Shown: positions 1 through 10,800, counted from the first letter of the stretch. The stretch is DNA of 64,000 bases from Chitinophaga pinensis (GCA_945888525.1 CAMDAF010000009.1:13276-77275), one strand, 5' to 3'. Notes: generated from the letters alone by a model not told the origin. Translations and numbers: made by a program.

Positions 1-1
1 A

Positions 2-190
2 TTAAACTTAATTGCTCAAATGCCTCAGGGTTATAAATACGTATTCAGTATGTACGCCATTGAAGGATATAGTCACAAAGAAATCGCAGACAACTTGGGT
101 ATAGAAGAAGCCAGCTCAAGAAGTCAATATGCGAAAGCAAAAAAATATTTACAACAACAAATCATCAATTTAGAAAAGATAAACTTATGA
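2..190 (+). CDS. RNA polymerase sigma-70 factor, ECF subfamily (C-terminal fragment; 5' part lies left of the window)
   Basis: Frame 2 translation ...YVFSMYAIEGYSHKEIADNLGIEEASSRSQYAKAKKYLQQQIINLEKINL* resembles the sigma-70 region 4 HTH. Its TGA stop overlaps the ATG of the next gene (ATGA), the usual sigma/anti-sigma coupling. Confidence 0.7.
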   Translation, partial: LNLIAQMPQGYKYVFSMYAIEGYSHKEIADNLGIEEASSRSQYAKAKKYLQQQIINLEKINL

Positions 191-1596
191 TGGAAAATTC
201 ATTTGAAAAGCGAATTGCAGATAAGCTGAAAAATACAGAAGTTCAGCCTAGTGAGCATTTGCTTGATTCAATATTCGAAAAAAGAGCAGCCAAGCCCAAG
301 CGTTTTGCTGTTAATCCCTTTGCTGGGGCAGTTTTAGGGATAGCCATACTCGCTGCAATTAGCTGTTTGTTTTGGTTCGGTAACGCCAAGAGCAAAGAAG
401 CACAGGTTAGTGTTTCGGCAGAAGTGCAAGATCCTAAGACAGTAAAAGAGTCAAAAGTAATAGGAAAGTTTGAAGACATTGTTCCAAACAAAGCGGAAAA
501 TTCAGTTCTTCCGGACGACAATTTATCTAGCATTGCCCAGAAGACAAACAAAATTCCTTCTGGAAATAAACGAAGTCAATCAAAATCTATAGTAAAAGAA
601 CCTTTTGAGAACAAGGAGGCTTCTAAGCCGGTAATGGTTCAAAACAATGCTGAAATAGAAAACCAATATTTTAATTTAGGAAAAGGGGAAAGGCCAGTTC
701 TACAGAAAGTTGAACACCAAGGAAACAGTCATTTGTATGTTTTCCAAACTATTGGTGATGAGGCTCTGATTAACCGTGATTTTTTGTTTAGCCGTATTGT
801 TAGATTGCATAAAATGGCCATTAAGAAAAATATTGAATCGATTGAAATGGTTGAAACCAAACCTGTAAAAAGAAACGGCCCAGGGAAAAACAAACGGCCA
901 ATTTATGTAGATTTTATGTTTAATCCAAGTATTAACATGGTGCAATTAAGTGGTGAAAATGCTTTGGTTGAAGCCGGACAAGCCTTGTCTAAATCGTCTT
1001 TGAACCAGAGTTTTGGGCTTAGAGTCTCTATCCCAATAAAAGCAAAATGGAATGTTTATGCTGGATTAAATTATAGAGAACAATCGAATCAGTACAAAGG
1101 CCGTTTGCTATACAACAATGAGCAAACTCAAATTAATCAGCAAATAAAATACATCAACGACCCAATCAAAGGTGTTGTGAAAATAGTGACTTATGATACA
1201 GTTAAATTTCAGGCTTCAAACAGCCAAAGTGTAAATTTCAAAAATCAATATAAAATTTTCCAGTTGCCTTTGGGTTTCAGTTACAATTTTGGATACAAAC
1301 AACTTGATTTTTCAATCAATGGATCCGCACTTTTCAATTACATAAAAAGCAGCCAAGGACAAAATATACATTTAGATCAACACATCGTTTTGCCATATAG
1401 TTCAAACAAAGGGACTATAGGATTTGGCGCTGGTTTAAGTGTTATGGGGGCTTTTAAATTAAACAATAGAATACGTTTGATTGCTGAGCCAGGTTTGCAG
1501 TATTTTGGATTAAAATCTATCCATTTCGGAAACTCTTTAAAAGAGAATGTTATAAGCACACAATTAACTATTGGTTTAAGGTATACTTTATTTTGA
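187..1596 (+). CDS. anti-sigma-like membrane protein with a C-terminal outer-membrane beta-barrel-like domain
   Basis: Translationally coupled to the ECF sigma gene. It has a short cytoplasmic N-terminus, one hydrophobic helix (AVLGIAILAAISCLFWF), a low-complexity linker, and a C-terminal ~240 aa with alternating hydrophobic beta-like pattern ending ...GLRYTLF. A terminal aromatic residue is the OMP signature. Confidence 0.5.
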   Translation: MMENSFEKRIADKLKNTEVQPSEHLLDSIFEKRAAKPKRFAVNPFAGAVLGIAILAAISCLFWFGNAKSKEAQVSVSAEVQDPKTVKESKVIGKFEDIVPNKAENSVLPDDNLSSIAQKTNKIPSGNKRSQSKSIVKEPFENKEASKPVMVQNNAEIENQYFNLGKGERPVLQKVEHQGNSHLYVFQTIGDEALINRDFLFSRIVRLHKMAIKKNIESIEMVETKPVKRNGPGKNKRPIYVDFMFNPSINMVQLSGENALVEAGQALSKSSLNQSFGLRVSIPIKAKWNVYAGLNYREQSNQYKGRLLYNNEQTQINQQIKYINDPIKGVVKIVTYDTVKFQASNSQSVNFKNQYKIFQLPLGFSYNFGYKQLDFSINGSALFNYIKSSQGQNIHLDQHIVLPYSSNKGTIGFGAGLSVMGAFKLNNRIRLIAEPGLQYFGLKSIHFGNSLKENVISTQLTIGLRYTLF

Positions 1597-3116
1597 AAAG
1601 ACTTGCGTCATATCTAATTCTGTTGTGCTCGCTGGCAGCGTATTCACAAACTTCCACCGGGCTAATTCAAACTAGCAATTTAGTGCTTCGTTTGGGTTCT
1701 GATGGTTTTTTGAAAGACAGTTCTGTTTTTCCTGCCATCGCGAATACGAATGGATTGGCCTTGTTGCAAAATGCCACAGTTTGGATGTCGGCAACAGACA
1801 GCGCGGGGAAAAGCCGCATCGCTGTGCAAAATTTATTAAATGGCCAAGGCGAATTTTGGCCAGGACCCATGAGTTTGTCTGGCGAACAAGCTGCAAATTC
1901 ATTGCAATGGAATAAACTCTATCCTTTGTCAAAAGGAAATATAAATGACCACAAGCAGAATTATAAAAACCAATCGTATGTGCCTAGTTTGGCCATAAGC
2001 AATTGGCCTGGATCGCTTGGTTTTCCTTATGCACAAGTGATTGCGCCTTTTGTGGATTTAGAAAACAACGATATGCTTTACGAGCCTATGAAAGGCGATT
2101 ATCCTTACATTGAATCCGATGCCATATTGTTTTCAATTTCTAATGACGTGGCAAATACGCACAAGGTGAGCAATGGTTTGCCATTGGGTATTGAGTTGCA
2201 CACATCTGTAATGTCATTTCAAGACTCTATTTTGAAGAATTGTTTTATGGTTCGTTACGCCGTTTTTAACCGTTCGCCAAGGACCTACAAAAATTTTCGG
2301 TTCAGTCCGGTACTAAATTTTAAAATTGGTACCTTGGAAAATGAGTATATGGGCACTGAAATTGGGGCTCAAGCAATTTATTCAATAAATGACACCAGTG
2401 AAGCAACGTTTTCAAAAAAGCTTGTGTCTTTAGGTTGTATGGCACTTAATAAACATATTGAATCAAGCATGTATTTTGAAAACAATGCAGATCCAATTAA
2501 TGGCCTACCTGTTACAGCGGAGCATTTTATGAATCTAATGCAAGGCAAATGGAAGAATGGAAAAACATTGAACTATGGCAGCAATGGAGTTGACGGGACT
2601 GGTTATGCGCGGTATGTTTATCCAGACACCACAGATTTTACCCATTCAAACATGAGATGGATAGACCAAGTTCCAAGTAAAAAGATCGGCTTACTAAACT
2701 TCGATTCAATGGAATTAAAAAGTGGACAGGCAACTTATTACGATGTGGTGTTTTTTTCTGTTGATGAAAATTTTAGTTCTTTTAAACAAATTGGTCAAAA
2801 CTGTTTAAAGATTAAGCAAGCGTTAAACACTAAAAATCTGCTTAAAATCGATCGAAATTCACACATAAAAGAACCGATTTTGACTTGGTTTCCCAATCCT
2901 GTAAAAATTGGGGATAAATTGAACTTGCAAACTCTCCTTGAAAGCCCTCAGTGTATAAGACTTGTGGATTTGAACGGGGTGGAAATATGCAAATTGAATT
3001 TGGATGATAACGGTAAAAGCATTATATTACCACCTGATTTAAATGCAGGGGTGTATATAGTAGAATATAAAACATTAAACATTGTACACATACAAAAACT
3101 AATTTTAACTCATTAA
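1593..3116 (+). CDS. secreted protein of unknown function with T9SS type A C-terminal sorting domain
   Basis: N-terminal signal peptide MKRLASYLILLCSLAAYSQ. The C-terminal ~80 aa (...DLNGVEICKLNLDDNGKSIILPPDLNAGVYIVEYKTLNIVHIQKLI) matches the Por-secretion type A CTD pattern. Start ATG overlaps the upstream stop (ATGA). Confidence 0.6.
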   Translation: MKRLASYLILLCSLAAYSQTSTGLIQTSNLVLRLGSDGFLKDSSVFPAIANTNGLALLQNATVWMSATDSAGKSRIAVQNLLNGQGEFWPGPMSLSGEQAANSLQWNKLYPLSKGNINDHKQNYKNQSYVPSLAISNWPGSLGFPYAQVIAPFVDLENNDMLYEPMKGDYPYIESDAILFSISNDVANTHKVSNGLPLGIELHTSVMSFQDSILKNCFMVRYAVFNRSPRTYKNFRFSPVLNFKIGTLENEYMGTEIGAQAIYSINDTSEATFSKKLVSLGCMALNKHIESSMYFENNADPINGLPVTAEHFMNLMQGKWKNGKTLNYGSNGVDGTGYARYVYPDTTDFTHSNMRWIDQVPSKKIGLLNFDSMELKSGQATYYDVVFFSVDENFSSFKQIGQNCLKIKQALNTKNLLKIDRNSHIKEPILTWFPNPVKIGDKLNLQTLLESPQCIRLVDLNGVEICKLNLDDNGKSIILPPDLNAGVYIVEYKTLNIVHIQKLILTH

Positions 3117-3132
3117 CAAGCAACAACACGAT

Positions 3133-6100
3133 ATGAATAGAATATACAAAATTTTTCTTTTACTGATTATAATCCTTGGATTTCAATACGAGGCTTCTGC
3201 TTCCCACATGATGGGCGGAGACATAGCTTACGAGTGTATTTCTCCGGGGAAATACAAACTGGTAGTTAAGATTTACCGCGATTGCCGTGGTATTCCTTTC
3301 AACAGTCCAGACATCAAACTCTTTTGTAAAGATGGTACCAATCAGAATTCTGTTAACTATACCAGAACAGCAATCAACGATTTGACGCCAACTTGCTCCG
3401 GTGGAACAGCGCCTTGTAATCCACAAAATCAAACTTCTAGCGAAGGTATTGAGGAGCACGTTTTCGAAGCTATTGTGGATTTCAACACAAGTCCATTCAA
3501 AGCGATGAAGGATGCTGGGTGTTGCGAAATTTTAATCAAAGTAGAACAATGTTGCCGTAACGGTGCAATTACAACCATTAGCCCGGGTAACTTTTACACC
3601 GATGCGATGATAAACATATGCAATATCGGAACCAAATGCAACACCTCTCCGCAGTTGTCAATTCCTCCAGTTGCTTATGTTTGTTGCAACCAACCTTTCA
3701 CCTACAACAACGGCGTTCGTGAAGTGATTGACGGAGACAGTTTGGCATATGAATTGGGAACGCCTTTGAATGCAAACAATTCAAATGAAACGTATACTGG
3801 AAGTTTTACCCAAACCATTCCAATGACGCCATATTGCCCGCCAAATCCTGGTGTTATCAATTGCAGAGCTTTGCCAAACGCAAAACCACCAAGGGGTTTT
3901 TATTTTGATAAAGAAACTGGGGATATCGTGTTTACCCCAACAAAATGTGATGAGGTTGGTGTAATCGTAATTAAAATTACAGAGTGGAGAAGAGATTCTG
4001 CTACCCGTAAAATGCGAATTATTGGTTTTACAAGACGTGACATGCAGGTTGTTGTAAAACAATGTCCTGATAACAATCCACCATATTTCACAGGTAACAA
4101 CAAGTATTCCGTTTGTGAAGGAAATAAAATCTGTTTTTCAATATTTGCCAAAGACGACCCGTATTTGCCTAAACAGACCCGCCTAGACACCGTTGCATTA
4201 ACTTGGAATTATGGAATTCCTGGGGCTACATTCACCATAGTGGATCCAACTGCCCGCGAAAAAGAAGCCATGTTCTGTTGGCAGACAAAAATTGGAGATG
4301 CAAGGTCAAACGTTTATGCGTTCACTGCTACCGCTAAAGATGACAACTGTCCAAGACCATCCTCTGCAAACAAAGGTTATACTGTAACAGTTAAACCTAA
4401 GGCTAGAGCAAAACGTAAATATGATATTTTAGATTGTGGTAAATTAAGATTCACTGCCTTCCCAATTGATACGGTTAACTACAACCAAAAGAATTACAGA
4501 CATAAATTCACCATTCGTGATTCCACAAACTCAGGAACACCATACTATTTCGGTTTCGTGGCTAAAGACAGTGTTAAATTTAAACGCGGTGGTAAGTACA
4601 TCATCGAATATGAAATTAACAATCCTCCGTACAACTGCCCAAGTATATATTCTGATACGGTCATTATTCCTCCGGTATTGGATGTGCAATTGAAATTTGG
4701 AAGAGATACTTTTGTTTGTGCCGGTAACAGCATCACCTTGGAACCAGTTGTGGCGAATGGTGTGCCAGCTTACAAATACAAATGGCAAGTGCCGATTGGA
4801 TTCTTTGATCCTAAAGACACCAATTCAACTTACACATTGGTTAAGCCAACCGCAACAACCAAGTTGCTTTTAGTTTTAACAGATAAAAACAAATGTGTTG
4901 ACAGCGATACAGTTACGGTTCATTACCAACCAAACCCAATCGTAGATATTGGCCCTGACCAAAGAATTTGTACCTACAACAATGTAACATTGGATGCACA
5001 GAATGCAGATACCATGCGTTATTTCTGGCAGCCAAATGGTGACAGCACCCGTCAAATTACCGTTAATATTGCCGGTAAATACATTGCAAAAGTGATAGAC
5101 CATTTAGGTTGTAACACAAGCGATACCATGGAGCTGTTTGTAAATGATACGGTTGTAGCAATAGCAAAACCAGACCGTGAAATTTGTATTTTTGATACCT
5201 TAAAGGTAAAAGGTCAGCGCCGACCAAAAGGATATACAAGAACAATTTCATGGAGAGACATTGCTTCTGGAACCAACTTGGCAACAGACAGTTCATTCAA
5301 ATTAAAAATCACCACCATGGTGCCTAAAGACTATGAAATGTACTTAAAGGTAACCCAAGGTGGTGTAGAGTGTGAAGATAAAGATACCTTTAACTTGGTA
5401 GTCAATGCTTTGCCAACCTTTAAATTCTTAGGATTACCACCTAGATGTTATGCCGATGGTGCCATCAATTTGACACAATCGAATATCACCAAAGCATTCT
5501 CTGGAGACAATTCCGAAAGCACCAATGATGTGAGATACTTCCAACAATTTAAAAAACCAAGTTGGGTAACTGGTGGTCCTGTAGGTGTGAATGTGTTTGT
5601 TTATGATTTTCCTAAGTTTATCAAAAATTCTCAAGTTCCAAAAGCTGGATTGAGAGATACCATTTGCTACGATTTCCGAGATTATAAAGGTTGCTACAAT
5701 AAAGAATGTAAACCAACCAGATTGAATCCTAATCCTGACGTTTATGTTAGAGATAGTACCTATTGCCAAAAAGCTGGTTTGATTACTTTAGATAGACAAA
5801 TTGTTCGCCCATTCTCTAAAATTGGTGGAATTGAATCATGGAGAGTGATTGATGTGCCAGTTGGTTCAGGTGTTGATCCTATGGCTATCTTGGCGCCAGA
5901 CATGACTGTTACACCAAACACAATGCAAATGGATCCAGGTCAAGAAGGCGAAAACGAAAAAACAGGTACCTACACAATTGAATATTGTTTTGCCGATGCC
6001 ATTACCAGTTGTAAAACTTGTGATACGGCTTTTGTGAGGGTAATTAAGTTGCCGGAAATTGAATTTACTGGCATGCCTAAATTGTGTATCAATGATCCTT

Positions 6101-7758
6101 TAGCTATTTTGGATAGTTTCGTAATTGATAAAGTTAACGGCGGTAGATTCCCTTCAGGTACTTGGGAAACCATTGAATATGGTGGATCAAGAGACTTAAG
6201 CAATCCGAACATTGCACCTAAAATTCAAAAATCTATGGTGAATAAGAAATTATTCGATCCAAAGTATGGCGCAGGTCAATACATTGTTAAATTAACGGAT
6301 GTATCAAGTGGTTGCCCTGTTACAGATAGTACCGAGATTTTGGTAAATGGTTTGCCAATTATACAAATTGACGTTCCTGATACAGTTTGTTCTAGTTCTC
6401 CAGCATTCACTTTGAATAATATTTTGCCAAGTGGCAATGTTGGTAAATGGACAGGTGTTGGTGTAACTGGACGTGATTTCAATCCAAGTGTTAGTGCCAA
6501 AACAAAACAATACGAAGGGCCTATCAGAGTTAAGTTCGCATACACCAATCCATTGACTGGTTGTACTTCATCAGACTCTCAAACCTTATTGGTGCAATCT
6601 CAACCAGAGGTTAATATTACAACACCGAAGCCTTACCAACAATGTGAGGGTAAAGATTTCGATTTAACTTCTGCCAAAAATTGGGCAAGTAGAACAAAAT
6701 GGTCTACCAACGGTGATGGTAATTTTAATAAGCCAGATTCATTGCCAAGTAAATATTTCCATGGATTTAATGATACTGCAATAAATGGAATGTCAGGAAA
6801 AGTAAGATTGACGCTCTCAACCTTAAAAGAAGGTGTTTGTCCAATTGCAAAAGACTATATTGATTTAATCATTGAAGCGTATCCTCAGTTTGATTTTATG
6901 GGTGATCCTGAAGTTCAATGTGAACCTGCAATCGTTAACTTTACTGCCATGGTAGCAAAGCCAGCGGGTTCTCCAAACTTAAGATACAATTGGTGGTATG
7001 GCAATGGTGATTCATTGATGCAAAGCACTACCTTTAATCCTCCAAACATCAAATACGATACTGCAAAACGCACATGGTATGACGTCACATTGATTGTAGA
7101 CAACCAGTGGGGTGTTGGTCCAGCTCAAGCCTGTTCAATAAGAAAAGATTCTATAGGATACATCAAAGTATTGCCTCAACCTAAAGTTGGTTTCAGCAGT
7201 GATCCTGGATTCTTTACCACTGTAGCTTTCCCTAAATTTAAGTTCTTTGATGAAACCAAAGTTAGATGGCAAAGACCTGATGTTAAAATGGATTACGAGT
7301 GGAATTTTGGCAGCGGAGATGTAGATGATACCAGCACAAAAATGAATCCGATACATTCGTATACTGCTGATACCATGAAGTATTATGTACACTTAACATC
7401 TACAATCAGGTATCAATATAAAAACCAGGAGTATATCTGCTGGGATTCTATTAGCCAATTGCGTAAAATTGGGCCAGATGTTACCGTATTCGTTCCAACA
7501 GCTTTCAGTCCTGAAAAAACAGGTCCTGGCGCAAACAACGTATTCAAAGCAGTTGTAAATGGAGAAAAAACCTTCCACATTGAATTGTTCAACCGTTGGG
7601 GCGAAATGCTTTGGAAGACTGACGACAAAAATGCAAGTTGGGATGGCTTCTACAGAGGCATCGAAGCTCAGCAAGATGTTTATATGTGGGTCATCAAAGT
7701 TACTGCATACGACGGTGAAGAGTATCAATACGAGGGTACTGTTACACTGTTAAGATAA
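3133..7758 (+). CDS. giant Cys-rich cell-surface protein (1541 aa) with T9SS type B / gliding motility-associated C-terminal domain
   Basis: Signal peptide MNRIYKIFLLLIIILGFQYEASA. C-terminus ...VFVPTAFSPEKTGPGANNVFKAVVNGEKTFHIELFNRWGEMLWKTDDKNASWDGFYRGIEAQQDVYMWVIKVTAYDGEEYQYEGTVTLLR is the type B CTD. Very high Cys content including CC doublets. Only 13 nt separate it from the upstream gene. Confidence 0.75.
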   Translation: MNRIYKIFLLLIIILGFQYEASASHMMGGDIAYECISPGKYKLVVKIYRDCRGIPFNSPDIKLFCKDGTNQNSVNYTRTAINDLTPTCSGGTAPCNPQNQTSSEGIEEHVFEAIVDFNTSPFKAMKDAGCCEILIKVEQCCRNGAITTISPGNFYTDAMINICNIGTKCNTSPQLSIPPVAYVCCNQPFTYNNGVREVIDGDSLAYELGTPLNANNSNETYTGSFTQTIPMTPYCPPNPGVINCRALPNAKPPRGFYFDKETGDIVFTPTKCDEVGVIVIKITEWRRDSATRKMRIIGFTRRDMQVVVKQCPDNNPPYFTGNNKYSVCEGNKICFSIFAKDDPYLPKQTRLDTVALTWNYGIPGATFTIVDPTAREKEAMFCWQTKIGDARSNVYAFTATAKDDNCPRPSSANKGYTVTVKPKARAKRKYDILDCGKLRFTAFPIDTVNYNQKNYRHKFTIRDSTNSGTPYYFGFVAKDSVKFKRGGKYIIEYEINNPPYNCPSIYSDTVIIPPVLDVQLKFGRDTFVCAGNSITLEPVVANGVPAYKYKWQVPIGFFDPKDTNSTYTLVKPTATTKLLLVLTDKNKCVDSDTVTVHYQPNPIVDIGPDQRICTYNNVTLDAQNADTMRYFWQPNGDSTRQITVNIAGKYIAKVIDHLGCNTSDTMELFVNDTVVAIAKPDREICIFDTLKVKGQRRPKGYTRTISWRDIASGTNLATDSSFKLKITTMVPKDYEMYLKVTQGGVECEDKDTFNLVVNALPTFKFLGLPPRCYADGAINLTQSNITKAFSGDNSESTNDVRYFQQFKKPSWVTGGPVGVNVFVYDFPKFIKNSQVPKAGLRDTICYDFRDYKGCYNKECKPTRLNPNPDVYVRDSTYCQKAGLITLDRQIVRPFSKIGGIESWRVIDVPVGSGVDPMAILAPDMTVTPNTMQMDPGQEGENEKTGTYTIEYCFADAITSCKTCDTAFVRVIKLPEIEFTGMPKLCINDPLAILDSFVIDKVNGGRFPSGTWETIEYGGSRDLSNPNIAPKIQKSMVNKKLFDPKYGAGQYIVKLTDVSSGCPVTDSTEILVNGLPIIQIDVPDTVCSSSPAFTLNNILPSGNVGKWTGVGVTGRDFNPSVSAKTKQYEGPIRVKFAYTNPLTGCTSSDSQTLLVQSQPEVNITTPKPYQQCEGKDFDLTSAKNWASRTKWSTNGDGNFNKPDSLPSKYFHGFNDTAINGMSGKVRLTLSTLKEGVCPIAKDYIDLIIEAYPQFDFMGDPEVQCEPAIVNFTAMVAKPAGSPNLRYNWWYGNGDSLMQSTTFNPPNIKYDTAKRTWYDVTLIVDNQWGVGPAQACSIRKDSIGYIKVLPQPKVGFSSDPGFFTTVAFPKFKFFDETKVRWQRPDVKMDYEWNFGSGDVDDTSTKMNPIHSYTADTMKYYVHLTSTIRYQYKNQEYICWDSISQLRKIGPDVTVFVPTAFSPEKTGPGANNVFKAVVNGEKTFHIELFNRWGEMLWKTDDKNASWDGFYRGIEAQQDVYMWVIKVTAYDGEEYQYEGTVTLLR

Positions 7759-7771
7759 GAACTATCATGGA

Positions 7772-7803
7772 ATGACAGGTTAAGTAAATACTTAGCCTGT
7801 CAT
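7772..7803. terminator. hairpin between the two tandem giant genes (weak terminator/attenuator candidate)
   Basis: ATGACAGG-16 nt loop-CCTGTCAT is a perfect 8-bp inverted repeat, followed by TATGTGTTTTT. It lies just upstream of the second giant gene. Confidence 0.3.
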
Positions 7804-7806
7804 TAT

Positions 7807-10800
7807 GTGTTTTTACAAATGAGGATAAACGCTAAAATATGGATTGTACTTTTGCTCTCTTTCAGTGCGATAGAAATCTATGCCTCACATATTTCAGGCG
7901 CAGAGATTAGCTATAAACATTTATTTGGGTCGAATTACAGATTTAAATTAAAAGTTTACCGTGATTGTAATGAATGTAAATTCAATGGAATTGGCGGTGG
8001 AAATAACAACAGTTCTTGCAACGAAGTGCCTGCTCTGATAATAAAAGGAGCGCAGGGTACAAACAATTCAACGTCTGTTTTAGGCAATATTGAAATCTCT
8101 AGGAAATACATACAAGATATTACCCAAGGGTGTAATTCGACGGTAAGCAAATGCAGACCAGGTTCTAATTTGAACTTAGGGTACGAAGTGCATGTTTTTG
8201 AAGGCGATTTTGATTTTTCTAAATTGATGGGCGATGGCCACTGTAAATTGGATATTTCAATAAATATGTCTTCACGCAGTGTTAATATTAATCCTCAGCA
8301 ATCGGAGCAGAATTTTTTCAATTATGCAATGCTTAATCTTTGTGAGGCTTTGCCAAATGAATCAGTTGAATTTACGGCCATTCCTCAGTTTATACATTTC
8401 CTAAACCAATCCAATTACAATGCACTAAATGTATTGAATGCCGATAAGGATTCACTGGTCTTTAGTTTGAAGCCTGCTTTGGTGAACAGAAATGCTTCTA
8501 TTAGCTATGAAATCGGTCGCAATAGCGATATGCCATTCACCTATTTTTGCCAATCTGCTGGAACACCGCCGTGTCCTGTTAATTTATTGGGTGCTTTGGT
8601 TGAAGGATTCTATTGTTCAAAATCCAATGGTGATATTGCATTTACCCCAACCCAGTCAAACCAGGGAGGAGTCGTGGTTGTTGAATGTGAAGAATGGAAA
8701 CGAAATTCTTTAGGTGTTTATTATTTAGCTGGTGTTGTAAGGAGGGATGTTTATTCTGAGGTCATTAGTGCCAATAACAATCTGCCTAATATTAAAACCA
8801 AACTTGGTCTATACACGATTTGTGAGGGTGATAATTTTTCACTTGAATTAAATGCTGAGGATTTGCCATTTGGGCTAAGTTCAACTGACACTGTTTCACT
8901 TGATTTGTATACAGCTCTTCCAGGTGCCTCTATAGAAAAGATTGCGGTTAATTATGCGCCATATTTTAAATACGTATTTAAAGTAGAGCCCGCATTGGGT
9001 CAGGTTGGTGAATATACCGTCACTTTAAATGCCCGCGACAACCACTGTCCATTAATTGGCCAAATTTCTAAAAGTTTTACATTTGCCATTCTTCAAAAAC
9101 GCCAAATAAAAACACAAACAGAAGTTAAAAATTGTGGAGCTTTGTCCTCAAATTCAATAAATTTCCCCAATAAAAATCTTGTTTGGACTTTAAAAGATGA
9201 GCAATCAAAGGTTGTTAAGCAGCAAACCTCTAGAAAATTCAATTTTCAATTGCTCAATTCAGGGGTATATTATCTTGAAACCGTTTTACCTGCTGAGAGG
9301 GGATTTTGTGAATCAAGAAAAATAGACACAATAATTGTATCAAGTTTGCAAACGCCAATCCTAAATATGGGGCCTGATTACAGTGTTTGTAAAGGAATGG
9401 AATTAAACATCGCATCAAAATATTTAGAAACCTTTGATCAATACGATTTAAGTGTGAATGGCTTAATTGTTTCGGGATTCCCATACAAATTGCAAGCAAA
9501 TAATTTGAATAGTTTAACATTTAAAATAACTCAAAAAAATGGATGTTCCTATGAAGATAAATTGACAATTAGTTTGTACAGCGATTTGAAATATAAAGTG
9601 TCAAATGATACTTTTTGCAGTAATGGTGTTTTTCCTATCGCAGCAACAACGATCGACGTAGATACGAATAACATACAAAAAATTGACTACTCATACAATA
9701 GTATTGGATCAATTTTGACCAAAATAAATGCCAAAGAATGGTTTTTTGATTTTATTAATAAAAGCAATCCTACAGCCCATAAAATGGTTCTATATAGTGT
9801 AATTAGCGATTTGAATGCTTGTCAGTATTTTGACACAAGTGTTATTCAAATCATTGATCCAAGTCCAATTTTAGTAAGTGCACCTGAGAAGCTTTGTGTG
9901 AATGCCGAGACGGTAGATCTTGAAACAAAACCAGGCGGTCAATGGGCTTGTGTTAATTACCCGAGTTTGGTTAAAAACAATCAATTAAAATTGAATGGTG
10001 CGAAATTGAATCAATTGGTTTTAAAATATGTTGAGACTAAATTATGCAGCAATGCCAACACCTATTTTGTTGATTTGATGGATACGTCTGAAATTACTTT
10101 TTTACATTCTAAGGACTTGCTTTTTTGCGAGAATAATCTCTTGTATGAATTAAAGGCATTGCCTGCAGGAGGTTTGTGGAAAGGCGTTGGGGTTCAAAAT
10201 GGATTCTTTAATCCTTCGACATCTGGAGGTAAAAAGTTTAATGTTCAATATCAATTCAGCAATCAAAATACATGTAAATCGACTTCACATGTTGGTGTTG
10301 AAGTTGAAAAGCTTCCATTGTTAAAAGTGACAGCGGCCCAAGAAAGTATTTGTGTTGGTGAAATTCTGTCTTTGCAAGCCTTGAGTTCTATCTCAGGAAA
10401 TGGTTATTGGTATAGCGACGGCGCTGGTCGATTTGACAATGCTACAAGTCAATTAACCAATTACCAACCCAATGCAGATGATGTGTTAAAATCAGCGCTT
10501 AAGTTTGTTTACACACTTCAAACCAATGGCATTTGTGGAAACGTAAGTTCTGAGGTTTTTGTAAAGGTTAAAAATGGTCCAAGTGGTGACATCATTGACG
10601 ATTACACGACAAATATATGCGAGCCCGCTAAATTTGTTTTCAAATCCAATTATAAGAATATAGAAAAACAATATTGGTTTGTCAACGACAGTTTGATTGA
10701 AGAATTTGATTATGATTTTAATTTTAATGTTGAATTAAAATCAGGCGAATATGTAATTAAAACAAGCGTTTCTGATGGCACTTGCGAGGCTTTGTCTATT

